DNA of 63,155 bases. Origin: Cellulomonadaceae bacterium (lineage in GTDB: Bacteria > Actinomycetota > Actinomycetes > Actinomycetales > Microbacteriaceae). The notes below the pieces were generated by a model. It saw nothing but the letters and a program-made list of their open reading frames with translations. It was not told the DNA's origin and did no database searches. Shown in pieces: positions 49,405-58,955 of this stretch. Positions within the stretch are counted from its first letter, which is position 1. Every line of letters begins with the position of its first letter. The stretch is from contig JAYODB010000001.1 in assembly GCA_038106075.1 (NCBI GenBank), forward strand, positions 1 to 63,155, in the 5' to 3' direction. A program made the translations under genes and the position numbers.

Positions 49405-49860
49405 ATGTCTTGCATTCGATTCAACACCGCACCGCAACGCGACCAAATGCGCGCTCTCGTTGATGAGAATCGCAGCGATGACCCGGTCGCCCAGTTCCTC
49501 TCCCCCGCCGTCACCGACTCGAAAATCACTCGCCTTCGGGCCATGGCCAAAGACCCCAACCCCAAGATTCGCGAGAGCGTGGCGCTGAGCTACCACGCCC
49601 CCGATGAAATTTACGAAGCCCTCGCGAAGGACCCCGTGGCTTCAGTCCGTGAGTGCCTCGCTCGCAACCCGAAGGCTCCCTGCGACGTGTTGAGGACCCT
49701 CGCTTCTGACTCAAATGAACGCGTGCGGTCCTTTGTAGCCGTGAATTACTGGGTGCCCGAAGACGCGATGGAGAAGCTCGCTGAAGACCCGAGCGAACTC
49801 GTGCGCTCCCTCGTGCACTGGAAGAGCTCGCTCAAAGACGAAGCGCTTCAGCCCGCCTAA
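49405..49860 (+). CDS. Small helical-repeat protein (leucine-rich-repeat-variant/HEAT-like)
   Basis: Four ~24-aa repeats: MAKDPNPKIRESVA / LAKDPVASVRECLARNPKAP / LASDSNERVRSFVAVN / LAEDPSELVRSLV. Start uncertain (49324, 49405 or 49447). Confidence 0.75.
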   Translation: MSCIRFNTAPQRDQMRALVDENRSDDPVAQFLSPAVTDSKITRLRAMAKDPNPKIRESVALSYHAPDEIYEALAKDPVASVRECLARNPKAPCDVLRTLASDSNERVRSFVAVNYWVPEDAMEKLAEDPSELVRSLVHWKSSLKDEALQPA

Positions 49861-50744
49861 GCGCCTCGAGAGGTCACGGCACGCTCCCAGCGAATGAGAG
49901 CGGCCACCACGACAATTCCTCCGAGGACGAGCGCGGCCATGGTGAGCCAGTCGCCTCCTGGTGCGAGTAGGGCGCGGTCGTCTGTTTGCCACGGCCATAG
50001 CGCGCGGGTTGACCCCATCATCAGGCCGGTCATCACGAGCAGGGTTGTTCGACGGTGATTCGCCAAGAGCCACTGCAACACCACCACAAAGCTCCCCAGC
50101 CCGAGAATTGCTCCCACGATGAATACTCCGAGGTATCCCAGGTCACGGTCATTGACCGCGGCAATTGTCGGCTGATACAGCCCCAGAGTGAGCAGCAAGA
50201 ATGAGCCGGATACCCCGGGCAGGACCAGCGCACAGACCGCGACAGCAGCCGCCAGGACAATAACCAGGGTGGAGGGGTTCGATTCCGAGGCCGGTGGCAG
50301 GCCCGTGAGCACGAACGTGGCTGCGGCCGAAAGGACAATGATCGCGAAGCCCCGCAGTCCGTTTATTCCCCCCGCCATCTGCAAAGGAATCGCGATCGAG
50401 GCCACAATCAGCCCGAGGAAGACGGCCCGAGTGTGCTCAGGGTAATCCTCAATGACGGGTTCGAGTAGCCGCGACGCCACCACAATTGCAGCCGCCATGC
50501 CAAGAAGTATCGAGACCACACGCCACCACGGCAGGCGCGCCACCTCTCGCCAGCGCTCCAGCCGGCCTTCGGCGCGGAACGAGCCGACGAGCGCGCGAAT
50601 GATGGTGGCCGCCGAGCCAATGAGGGTGTCGTAGACCCCCGTGATGAGGGCAATGGTTCCCCCGCTGACGCCAGGAACAACCTCCGCAGCGCCAATCAGG
50701 GATCCGCGAAGCACATCGACCAACCGTGACCACACCGATGTCAT
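49857..50744 (-). CDS. DUF368 family membrane protein (undecaprenyl-phosphate recycling translocase family)
   Basis: Twin motifs GAAEVVPGVSGGTIAL and CALVLPGVSGSFLLL, plus GLMMGSTRALWPWQ. ATG 50744 overlaps the upstream TGA. Confidence 0.9.
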   Translation of the reverse strand: MTSVWSRLVDVLRGSLIGAAEVVPGVSGGTIALITGVYDTLIGSAATIIRALVGSFRAEGRLERWREVARLPWWRVVSILLGMAAAIVVASRLLEPVIEDYPEHTRAVFLGLIVASIAIPLQMAGGINGLRGFAIIVLSAAATFVLTGLPPASESNPSTLVIVLAAAVAVCALVLPGVSGSFLLLTLGLYQPTIAAVNDRDLGYLGVFIVGAILGLGSFVVVLQWLLANHRRTTLLVMTGLMMGSTRALWPWQTDDRALLAPGGDWLTMAALVLGGIVVVAALIRWERAVTSRGA

Positions 50745-51700
50745 CTGCCGAGCACCTTTCCCGCACTGCGCCGCAGTCGGCCAATCAATTTTTTCAGCTT
50801 GTAAGACCAGCGATGTTTCTTCACACCCAGCCCCCGTGACTCGACGAATTCGGTTTGGGGCGCTTCGTCCACCCCAACGTCCGAGGGATGGCTCAAAGGG
50901 AGAATCGGGAACGTGGGCCGGGCGGCTTTGAGTGAGTCTCCCTTCGTGTGGGTGGCGTCTGGGCGATTCCACCCGATATTGCTCACGAGGTTGACCCGCG
51001 GCACCGCGGCCAAACCACCGTGATACTGGAGGGTCATCTTCCACTTGAACGCCCAGGCATCAATACCTCGTGCGTAGCGGTCAAAAACACCCCGACGAAT
51101 GCGACGTTCAACACGGTCAGGGTAGAGCTCTTTTTCCCGTTTGGTACCACGAATCTCTGACCAGTAGGAGAAGTCGTGATCGAAGTGCTGCCAGGCACGG
51201 CGCCACGTCGCCCAACCCCAAATCAAGGGGTCTCGAATAAACCCGTAGCTCGCGCCCGTCGAGATCGGAAGCTCGAGGGAGTTATCCCCCGAAATACACC
51301 ACACTCGAGGGTCTTCGCGATACTTCTCCAATAGCTCGTCGCAATAAACGAAGAAATCAGGGTGTGGAACACAGTCATCCTCGAGAATGATTCCCTCCTC
51401 GACGTGGGAGAAAAACCGATCGAGCGCGCCAGACACACCCCTAAAAAGCCCCTGATTCTCTTCCATATATCGACGCTCAACGTGCGGATGGTCGGCGAGC
51501 TTCGCGTCCATAAGCGATCTCGTCTGACGCACGAGCTCGGCGTCGCTTGAGTGACCATCTCGAGGCCCGTCGCTGAAGAGATACACGGCGGACGGCTGCG
51601 CGGCGATGACCGTATCCAACACTTTTTCAGTGGTGTCTGGCCGATTGAAGGTCAGTAGCAAGACTGGACTACGCGTAGAAATATCTCGCCGTTTCCCCAT
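50741..51700 (-). CDS. GT-A fold glycosyltransferase-like protein (HlpA-like nucleotide-diphospho-sugar transferase)
   Basis: PVLLLTFNRPDTT, DGPR, NQGL..GVSGALD.FF, GIILEDDCVP, WGWATWRRAW and NLVSNIG. Confidence 0.82.
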   Translation of the reverse strand: MGKRRDISTRSPVLLLTFNRPDTTEKVLDTVIAAQPSAVYLFSDGPRDGHSSDAELVRQTRSLMDAKLADHPHVERRYMEENQGLFRGVSGALDRFFSHVEEGIILEDDCVPHPDFFVYCDELLEKYREDPRVWCISGDNSLELPISTGASYGFIRDPLIWGWATWRRAWQHFDHDFSYWSEIRGTKREKELYPDRVERRIRRGVFDRYARGIDAWAFKWKMTLQYHGGLAAVPRVNLVSNIGWNRPDATHTKGDSLKAARPTFPILPLSHPSDVGVDEAPQTEFVESRGLGVKKHRWSYKLKKLIGRLRRSAGKVLGR

Positions 51701-51734
51701 AGTGGCTCCAATTTTAGGCGTGCGACGCCGGTGT

Positions 51735-52250
51735 TTACCGGCCAGTAGGGCGCAAGCCCTGCTCGTATTGCCAAATTGCCCGGGCAATCACTCGACGATC
51801 TCGTGCGTGAACCACGGCACGCAAGAGCGCGGCGAGTATCAGCCCTCCGATTGCTCCAGCCGAGTTCGCGTACACGTCGTAAATACTCGCGACTCGCTCG
51901 TCGAGAAACTGGCGCTGAAAGTTCTCGACGAAGGCGGAGAAGCCCGGCCCCACCAACACCGTGAGGAGCGAGAGTTTTTGCGGAAGGAGAATTGCGACGA
52001 GAAATCCGAAGGGAACAAACATGGCGATGTTCGCGAGGAACTCGACCTCGCCGTACCCGAACCACTGCGGAACGCCGTTTCGGTGGAGGACGTCGAGCAG
52101 GCGAATGACCGCATTTTGGTAACTCACGTCCATCTGAGCCGGCGACAGGGTCACCACCAAGATGAAGATGGTGTAGAGCACGAGAACGCTGAGGCCAAAC
52201 ACGAGCCGCATTCCACTGCGACCCGGCGCACGCTCGGTGATGGTGACCAC
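51735..52250 (-). CDS. VanZ family membrane protein
   Basis: EFLANIAMFVPFG...SAFVENFQ...RVASIYDVYANSAGAIGG. GTG 52250 follows a GGAGG RBS. Confidence 0.88.
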   Translation of the reverse strand: MVTITERAPGRSGMRLVFGLSVLVLYTIFILVVTLSPAQMDVSYQNAVIRLLDVLHRNGVPQWFGYGEVEFLANIAMFVPFGFLVAILLPQKLSLLTVLVGPGFSAFVENFQRQFLDERVASIYDVYANSAGAIGGLILAALLRAVVHARDRRVIARAIWQYEQGLRPTGR

Positions 52251-52302
52251 TGAGAACCCCCTCCTCCACGAGCGTAGCTGGCTACCGTGACCCGCACGCG
52301 CT

Positions 52303-52330
52303 AAAAGAGGGGGCCCGAAGGCCCCCTCTT
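52303..52330 (-). terminator. Intrinsic terminator after amt
   Basis: Minus strand AAGAGGGGGCC-UUCG-GGCCCCCUCUU then UU. 11-bp stem with a UUCG tetraloop, ~15 nt after the amt stop. Confidence 0.82.
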
Positions 52331-52344
52331 CCGCGGGGAGGGAG

Positions 52345-53562
52345 TTAGACCCGCTCGCCCTCGAGGGCGTAGCCTTCTTCACCGTGGACGATGGTGTCAA
52401 TTCCAGCAATCTCGTCTTCGTTCGTGATGCGGAAGCCCATGGTCTTCTCGATCGCGAGACCCAGGATGAGGGCGACGACGAAGGAGTAGACCAGAACACC
52501 GATCGATGCGATTGCTTGAACCACCAACTGACCGAAGTCACCACCGGTGAACAGGCCCGTGTCGGTTGCGAAGAATCCGAGGTAGAGGGTTCCGATGAGA
52601 CCCGCGACCAAGTGGATACCAACGACATCGAGCGAGTCGTCATAGCCGAGCTTGTACTTGAGCTCCACGGCGAGGGCCGAGAGCACACCGGCGACAATAC
52701 CGAGGATCACCGCGTAGGTCGGGGTGAGGTTTGCGCAGGCCGGAGTAATCGCGACAAGACCGCTGACGGCACCGGACGCGGCTCCCACCGAGGTCGGCTT
52801 GCCATCCTTAATCTTCTCGACCACGAGCCATCCGAGAATGGCGGCGGCGGTGGCGGAAAGGGTGTTCAACGAGATCAACCCAACCAGTGCCATGTCGTTG
52901 AGGAACTCGGCACCGGCGTTGAATCCGAACCAGCCGAACCACAGCAGAGCCGCACCCAGCATGACCAGCGGCACATTGTGGGGCTTGTGAGCGCCCTTCT
53001 CGAACACCACGCGGCGTCCCAGAACGATGGCGAGAGCCAATGCCGCGGCACCCGCGTTGATGTGAACGGCGGTACCACCGGCGTAGTCAATAACGCCGGG
53101 CAGGCCCATCGCGTCACCGAGGCCCATGATCCAACCGCCACCCCAGACCCAGGCGGCAACCGGGAAGTACACGAGTGTTGACCACAAGCCGGTGAACACT
53201 ATCCACGCGCCGAACTTGGCACGGTCAGCGATGGCGCCAGAAATCAGTGCGGTGGTGATGATGGCGAAGGTCGCTCCGAAGGCCGCCCCAATCAGCGACT
53301 CATTGTCGGCGGCAATTCCTGCGAGGCCAAAGTCAGAGAATGGGTTTCCTGCGAAGTCCCAGGTGGAGCCCACCGCGGACATGTTGAAACCATAGAGAAC
53401 CCACAGCACCGCCACGAGGGCAAGCGCTCCGAAGCTCATCATCATCATGCTGACGACGCTCTTAGCTTTCACCAGACCGCCGTAGAAGAAGGCAACGCCA
53501 GGCGTCATCAACAGCACCAGTGCGGTAGCGGTGACGGCCCAGGCAAGTTCGCCAGTATCCAT
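52345..53562 (-). CDS. amt: Ammonium transporter
   Basis: LMTPGVAFFYGG, DYAGGTAVH, LLWFGWFGFNAG, GLVAITPA and DDSLDVVGIH. Confidence 0.97.
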   Translation of the reverse strand: MDTGELAWAVTATALVLLMTPGVAFFYGGLVKAKSVVSMMMMSFGALALVAVLWVLYGFNMSAVGSTWDFAGNPFSDFGLAGIAADNESLIGAAFGATFAIITTALISGAIADRAKFGAWIVFTGLWSTLVYFPVAAWVWGGGWIMGLGDAMGLPGVIDYAGGTAVHINAGAAALALAIVLGRRVVFEKGAHKPHNVPLVMLGAALLWFGWFGFNAGAEFLNDMALVGLISLNTLSATAAAILGWLVVEKIKDGKPTSVGAASGAVSGLVAITPACANLTPTYAVILGIVAGVLSALAVELKYKLGYDDSLDVVGIHLVAGLIGTLYLGFFATDTGLFTGGDFGQLVVQAIASIGVLVYSFVVALILGLAIEKTMGFRITNEDEIAGIDTIVHGEEGYALEGERV

Positions 53563-53666
53563 TGTTCCCCCTCAAAATAGTTTTGGGACCGGAACACCTG
53601 TCTCCCCGGTGTGTCCGACTGCCCCCAAGTGTGCGGGGGGAACGTTTCGCCGAAGCAGACCTGCCG

Positions 53667-53682
53667 GTTACAGGAATGTTTC
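53667..53682 (-). promoter_or_regulatory. Candidate GlnR box upstream of amt
   Basis: Coding strand GAAAC-ATTCCT-GTAAC (AC-n9-AC spacing), with an extra GAAAC at 53644-53648. Confidence 0.55.
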
Positions 53683-53698
53683 CTACGACCGCGAAGTG

Positions 53699-55072
53699 TT
53701 AAGAGTGTGTTTCAGGGGTTTGGAACACATCGGGGATTCCGTCGCGGTTTCGATCACGACTGTCCGCCTCAATTTGGTCCCGGTAGCGACGGTTGCGTGC
53801 CCCCAAGAGCACCGCGGCGAGTAGAGCTGCCCCGAGGCTTCCAAACAGGATTCCGATCTTCGCCTCATCGCCCAGCAGTGTTCCCGGGCCAAAGCTCAAC
53901 TCACCGATCAGCAGCGAGACTGTAAATCCGATACCCGCCAGTAAGGCGACCCCGATGAGGTCAACCCACGCCACTCCCTGCGGGAGTTTTACCCCTGGCA
54001 GCGCAACGACGAGAGCAGTAGCGACCGTCACACCGACGGCTTTACCGACAATAAGCGCCAGCATGATGCCCACCGTGACGTCGTCAAGCAGGAGCTTGAG
54101 GAAGTCCTCCCCACCGCCCAAGCTGACGCCTGCGGCAAAGAATGCGAAGAGGGGAACGGCAATTCCGGCCGAGAGCGGGCGGAATCGGTGTTCGAAGATT
54201 TCGGCCAAGCTCTCGCCGTGTTCTTCGGCAAGCTCACCCGGATCGTTGGCCGAAGGCTTCACCGGAACGGTGAGGGCGAGGAGAACTCCGGCAATCGTCG
54301 CGTGCACTCCGGTTTGGTACATGAAGCTCCACACCACAATTCCGATGGGGAAGAGCACCACCCAGGCGGCACCAGGGCGGAGTTTGAAGAACAGACTGTA
54401 TCGCTGAGCCAGGAAACCAAACACAGCGAGGCCCACGACGACGCCCACCATGGGAACCCAGTCGATGTCTTCGGTGTAGAACACCGCGATGATCGTGATG
54501 CCAATCAGGTCGTCGACCACGGCAAGGGTCAAGAGGAACGTGCGAAGCGCAAGAGGAAGCGAGGTTCCCACCACCGCGAGAACGGCAAGAGCGAAGGCAA
54601 TGTCGGTGGCAATCGGAATCGCCCAGCCTCGACTCGCGTCAAGAACACCCTGGGTGAACCACAGGTAGATCGCGGCGGGAACGATGACACCACCGATGGC
54701 CGCAACGACCGGAACGATGGCTTGACGGGGGTTGCGTAACTCGCCCGCGACAAATTCACGCTTGAGCTCGAGACCGACGAGGAAGAAGAAAATGGCGAGG
54801 AAACCATCTGCGGTGAGGTGCCCAACCGAGATCTTCGTCCCCCAATCGCCAATAGAGAACGACACATAGGCGTCGCGTAATCCGAAGTAGGCGTCTGCCA
54901 GGGGCGAGTTCGCGGCGATAAGGGCGAGAGCAGCAGCGGCGAGGATGATCGCACCGCCGATCGTCTCCTGACGGAGAATGCGCTCAATCCATAGGGATTC
55001 GAGGTAGCGCTCACGACCAACACCGCGAGGAACAGAGGCCAATTTCGCCACGCTGGAACTCCTTTCAACCAC
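53699..55072 (-). CDS. nhaA: Na+/H+ antiporter NhaA
   Basis: FFFLVGLELKRE, GWAIPIATDIAF, LAVVDD, GVHATIAG and GIGFTVSL. Confidence 0.95.
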   Translation of the reverse strand: MVERSSSVAKLASVPRGVGRERYLESLWIERILRQETIGGAIILAAAALALIAANSPLADAYFGLRDAYVSFSIGDWGTKISVGHLTADGFLAIFFFLVGLELKREFVAGELRNPRQAIVPVVAAIGGVIVPAAIYLWFTQGVLDASRGWAIPIATDIAFALAVLAVVGTSLPLALRTFLLTLAVVDDLIGITIIAVFYTEDIDWVPMVGVVVGLAVFGFLAQRYSLFFKLRPGAAWVVLFPIGIVVWSFMYQTGVHATIAGVLLALTVPVKPSANDPGELAEEHGESLAEIFEHRFRPLSAGIAVPLFAFFAAGVSLGGGEDFLKLLLDDVTVGIMLALIVGKAVGVTVATALVVALPGVKLPQGVAWVDLIGVALLAGIGFTVSLLIGELSFGPGTLLGDEAKIGILFGSLGAALLAAVLLGARNRRYRDQIEADSRDRNRDGIPDVFQTPETHS

Positions 55073-55111
55073 CCCTCAGTGTAGGCGGGCCTGCCGAAGC
55101 GGAGCTGGAAA

Positions 55112-56152
55112 CTAGCTCGCCATTCGAGACAGAGCAATCATCCTCGAGGCAGCCCGCAAATACTTTTTGCGGTATCCGCCGGAGAGCATTGTGTCGTCAA
55201 AGACTTCGTCGAGCGGGACACCGCTCGAGGCAATCGCCACTTGCTGGTCGTAGAGGCGATCGACGAGGGCGACGAGACGAAGCGCTTGGGCCTGGTCGTG
55301 CAGTTGGTGCACGTCGTCGAGGATGACCACGTCGAGGTCCTCGACGAGGCCCACATACCTACTGGGGTGGATGGTGGCGAGGTGGGCGATGACGTCTGCG
55401 AAACCATCACGGGTGAGTGTTCCTGTGTGGTGCGCAACCAGCTCGTCGAGCTGGTCGGCGCTGAAGCTCACCGCGTGGCCTTCGAAATCGCGTCGACGAT
55501 AATCCTCGCCCTCGATCCGCACAGTGGTGAACTTGTCCGACAGCGACGTGATTTCTCGCAAGAAATCTTCCGCGGCGAAGCGCCCCTCCCCCAGTGCGTT
55601 GGGAGGAGTGTTGGAGGTGGCGGCCAGTCGGGTTCCGCTCGCGACCAACTCGCCCAAGAGGCGCGACATCACCATCGTGTCGCCGGGATCGTCGAGTTCA
55701 AACTCATCAATAGCGAGAAGCGCTGAGCCTTTCAGGTGATCAACCGCGCCACGGTATCCGAGCGCTCCGACCAAGGCAGTGAATTCGATGAAGGTTCCGT
55801 AGTACGTGCGGCCGGGTGTGAGGTGCCACAGGGCGGAAAGTAAGTGGGTCTTTCCCACACCGAAACCACCGTCGAGGTAAATGCCGGGCCGAATATCCTC
55901 AGACGTTTTCTTCTTCGAAAACCAGCCCCCACTTTTATCTCGGGAGGTGCCCCCCACGGCAAAACGTCGAACCTGCTCGAGCGCCTCCGACTGCGAGGGA
56001 TAGTTGGGGTCAGGAATGTAGTTGTCCAGGGAGGCGTTTTCGAACTGAGCCGGTGGCACAAAATGGGCGAGCATCGAGGCGACGCTCAGCTCGGGGTGTC
56101 GGTCAACCAGGCGCGACTCGGAAGCGGAGACGGACATGACGGCCGAATTCAC
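55112..56152 (-). CDS. zapE: AFG1/ZapE family ATPase
   Basis: YLDGGFGVGKTHL, IDEFELDDPGDT, TSNTPPNALGEGRFAA and GEDYRRR. Confidence 0.92.
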   Translation of the reverse strand: MNSAVMSVSASESRLVDRHPELSVASMLAHFVPPAQFENASLDNYIPDPNYPSQSEALEQVRRFAVGGTSRDKSGGWFSKKKTSEDIRPGIYLDGGFGVGKTHLLSALWHLTPGRTYYGTFIEFTALVGALGYRGAVDHLKGSALLAIDEFELDDPGDTMVMSRLLGELVASGTRLAATSNTPPNALGEGRFAAEDFLREITSLSDKFTTVRIEGEDYRRRDFEGHAVSFSADQLDELVAHHTGTLTRDGFADVIAHLATIHPSRYVGLVEDLDVVILDDVHQLHDQAQALRLVALVDRLYDQQVAIASSGVPLDEVFDDTMLSGGYRKKYLRAASRMIALSRMAS

Positions 56153-56257
56153 CTGCTCCCGGGGATTTCCAGCATTGCGATGCGAGAATGGACTTCGTCA
56201 GTCTACGACTGCAGTCCCTGGGGATTTAGTCGATAACACTCAATTTGGGAGGATTAC

Positions 56258-57160
56258 GTGCCTGTTGCGCCAGACCCGGCCGCGGAACTTCAGCAATACG
56301 CTCACCCGGAACGCTTGGTGAGCTGTGAATGGCTTGCACAGAACCTCAACACCCCCGGAGTGGTGGTGGTGGAGTCCGACGAGGACATCCTGCTCTACGA
56401 CACCGGCCACATTCCCGGCGCCGTCAAAATTGACTGGCACACCGAACTAAACGACCCGGTCGTGCGCGACTACCTCAACGGTGACCAGTTTGCGCAGCTG
56501 ATGGCTCGCAAGGGCATTTCTCGAGACGACACCGTCGTGTTCTATGGCGACAAGTCCAACTGGTGGGCTTCCTACGCGCTGTGGGTGTTCAGCCTTTTCG
56601 ACCACCCCGACGTTCGTATCCTCAACGGTGGCCGCGACAAGTGGATCGCCGAAGGTCGTGAGCTCACAAAGGAAGTCCCTCAGCGCGACGCGACTGACTA
56701 TCCCGTGATTGAGCGCGATGACTCCACGTTGCGCGCCTTCAAAGAAGACGTACTGGAGCACCTCGGTAAGCCGCTGGTGGATGTGCGAAGCCCCGAAGAG
56801 TACTCCGGTGAGCGCACCCACATGCCGGCCTATCCGGAGGAGGGCGCCCTTCGCGGAGGTCATATCCCCACGGCCGCGAGCGTTCCGTGGGCTCGAGCGG
56901 CCAACGAGGATGGCACCTTCAAGGCCCTCGAAGATCTGCAGAAGATTTACCGCGACGAACACGGCATCACCGGCAAGGAACCGGTGATTGCCTACTGCCG
57001 AATCGGAGAGCGCTCGAGCCACACCTGGTTTGTTCTTCGCCACCTCATGGGTATCGAAGATGTCCGCAACTACGACGGTTCCTGGACCGAGTGGGGCAGC
57101 GCAGTGCGAGTTCCCATCGCCACGGGGTCTGAACCCGGTGAGGTCCCCGCGCGCCCGTGA
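56258..57160 (+). CDS. sseA: Tandem-rhodanese sulfurtransferase (SseA-type)
   Basis: [11 protein letters not shown], active-site YCRIGERSS and [10 protein letters not shown]. Confidence 0.93.
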   Translation: MPVAPDPAAELQQYAHPERLVSCEWLAQNLNTPGVVVVESDEDILLYDTGHIPGAVKIDWHTELNDPVVRDYLNGDQFAQLMARKGISRDDTVVFYGDKSNWWASYALWVFSLFDHPDVRILNGGRDKWIAEGRELTKEVPQRDATDYPVIERDDSTLRAFKEDVLEHLGKPLVDVRSPEEYSGERTHMPAYPEEGALRGGHIPTAASVPWARAANEDGTFKALEDLQKIYRDEHGITGKEPVIAYCRIGERSSHTWFVLRHLMGIEDVRNYDGSWTEWGSAVRVPIATGSEPGEVPARP

Positions 57161-57600
57161 CCCTGGCGAGCGAGAACCCGCGCGAACTTCCCCCGAGTCT
57201 CGCGGAGATTCGGGACGACTTTCTCGCCCTCGGCATACCCGACCGGCTTCAAATGCTGCTGGAGTTTTCCGAGTCACTGCCGGAGGTTCCCGAGGGTCTC
57301 GTGCCCGAGGATGCCTGGGAGCAGGTTGTCGAATGCCAGTCACCTGTGTTCATTCACGTCGACTGTGAACCAGAAAAACCCGTCATCTACGCGACGGCCC
57401 CCCAAGAAGCACCGACTACGCGCGGATTTGCCTCGATTCTCGTTCAGGGTCTTTCTGGCCTCAGCCGCGACGACATTCTCGCGGTACCCGGCGACTTTCC
57501 CCAATCCCTGGGGCTCAACGAGGCCGTGAGCTTCCTCCGACTGCGCGGAATGGCGGGAATGCTCGCGCGAATTCAACGTCAAGTCGTCGAGGGATCGTGA
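57157..57600 (+). CDS. sufE: SufE family sulfur-acceptor protein
   Basis: [24 protein letters not shown] and LRLRGM. GTGA overlap with sseA. Confidence 0.9.
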   Translation: MTLASENPRELPPSLAEIRDDFLALGIPDRLQMLLEFSESLPEVPEGLVPEDAWEQVVECQSPVFIHVDCEPEKPVIYATAPQEAPTTRGFASILVQGLSGLSRDDILAVPGDFPQSLGLNEAVSFLRLRGMAGMLARIQRQVVEGS

Positions 57601-58316
57601 ATCTCTACCGGGTTTTCCCGGAGCCCAGAGAAATGCACGTCCTCGACGACGACCGCACCGTAAACACCATCGACCAGTGGTACGCACCCCAGTCGAATGC
57701 GTCAGTTCGCCTCTCGATGATCTCCTCTCCCAGCGGTCGACTCGTTGGTCAGGATGGGACCAGCGCGTCCCTGTCAAACCCGGTCGACCGAGCCATTTTG
57801 CGCTCATTACGCGGCCACGCCCACGCCGTCATCACGGGCGCCACGACGGCACGTACCGAGCCAGTTCCCGTCCCCACCCATGCCCCGCTTGTCATCGTGA
57901 CCAGAAGCGGAAACCTCGAGGGGCATCAGGTCATCGAGTCCAGCATGAGACCAGCAGGCGTGCTCGTGGTCAGTGCCTCGACACCGAGCCACTCCCCCGT
58001 CGATTTTTTCCCTGAGGGGGTTGCCGAACACGCCATCTGGTCAGAAGAATCCGAGCTACACCCGCAGGACATCGTTCGCGGCTTGGCGACCCGAGGGGCC
58101 GCCCACCTACTGGTCGAGGGGGGTCGAACGATTGCTGAACTCTTTGCCTCAGAGGGAGCGCTGAATGAAGTCTGCCTGAGCCTGACCGGTCCGCCCCTGT
58201 CGGAGAACCACCCGCCCCTCGCCTGGTGGGCTGCTGGGTGGGGTGAATGGAGCGCGTCCCACGTCCTCACCGACGACCTGAGAACGCTATACATGCGCTA
58301 CCACCGCGTCGCCTAA
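57597..58316 (+). CDS. RibD C-terminal/dihydrofolate-reductase-like protein
   Basis: MISSPSG...GTSASLSNPVDRAIL..LR..AHAVITGATTAR, IVTRSG and LLVEGG. GTGA overlap with sufE. Confidence 0.75.
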   Translation: MNLYRVFPEPREMHVLDDDRTVNTIDQWYAPQSNASVRLSMISSPSGRLVGQDGTSASLSNPVDRAILRSLRGHAHAVITGATTARTEPVPVPTHAPLVIVTRSGNLEGHQVIESSMRPAGVLVVSASTPSHSPVDFFPEGVAEHAIWSEESELHPQDIVRGLATRGAAHLLVEGGRTIAELFASEGALNEVCLSLTGPPLSENHPPLAWWAAGWGEWSASHVLTDDLRTLYMRYHRVA

Positions 58317-58376
58317 TCTGGCCATTACCCGGCGCGTTTATTCCCCGCTCACGAAACGGGGCAATACCCTTAGGCC

Positions 58377-58955
58377 ATGAGCCCGATCGACTACAGCGGT
58401 ATTCCCGACGAGTTTCGTGCCGCCCTCGGCGACACCGGAAGTTACCGTTTCCGCGACGAACTCCAGGTGACCGAGATTTCTGCGCCGGAAGGAATCGCAC
58501 CCTATGCGGCGGCGTGGTCGGCCACGGTCGACCCAAAGACCGGTGGCGATCACGGGATTTCGCGACTCGTCGTGCTCTACGACCCGAGTGAACCCGACGG
58601 TTGGTCGGGTCGATTCCGCATGGTCTGTTTCGCGAAAGCCCCGCTCGAAGCCTCAATGGGCGAAGACCCGTTCCTGCCGAAAGTCGCGTGGACGTGGCTG
58701 ACCGACGCCTTGGACTCTTCTGGGGCGACCTATCAGCGCGCAGCGGGCACATCGAGCACGATTATTTCTACGGGATTCGGCGAGCTCGCCTCCGACGAGG
58801 TGGGAACCGAAATCGAAATGCGCGCCTCCTGGTCTCCCACGGGCCCCCTCGACGTCCACCTCGCCGCGTGGAGCGAATTTGTCTGCATGCTCGCTGGTTT
58901 CCCACCGGAGGTTGAAGGAGTCACCGCAATCCGCGCTGGCCGCAATCGCGAATGA
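58377..58955 (+). CDS. DUF3000 family protein
   Basis: EISAPEGIAPY, RLVVLYDP.EPDGWSGRFR, VAWTWLTDAL and IEMRASWSP. Upstream of rnd. Confidence 0.88.
   Translation: MSPIDYSGIPDEFRAALGDTGSYRFRDELQVTEISAPEGIAPYAAAWSATVDPKTGGDHGISRLVVLYDPSEPDGWSGRFRMVCFAKAPLEASMGEDPFLPKVAWTWLTDALDSSGATYQRAAGTSSTIISTGFGELASDEVGTEIEMRASWSPTGPLDVHLAAWSEFVCMLAGFPPEVEGVTAIRAGRNRE

Noticed and set aside
50745-51044. Apparent N-terminal extension of the DUF368 protein
   Set aside because: It overlaps the glycosyltransferase in another frame. The ATGA-coupled start at 50744 is more plausible.
52251-52697. Apparent N-terminal extension making a 320-aa VanZ fusion
   Set aside because: The extension is an alternative frame of amt and runs through its terminator. 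A GTG with an RBS at 52250 explains the gene.
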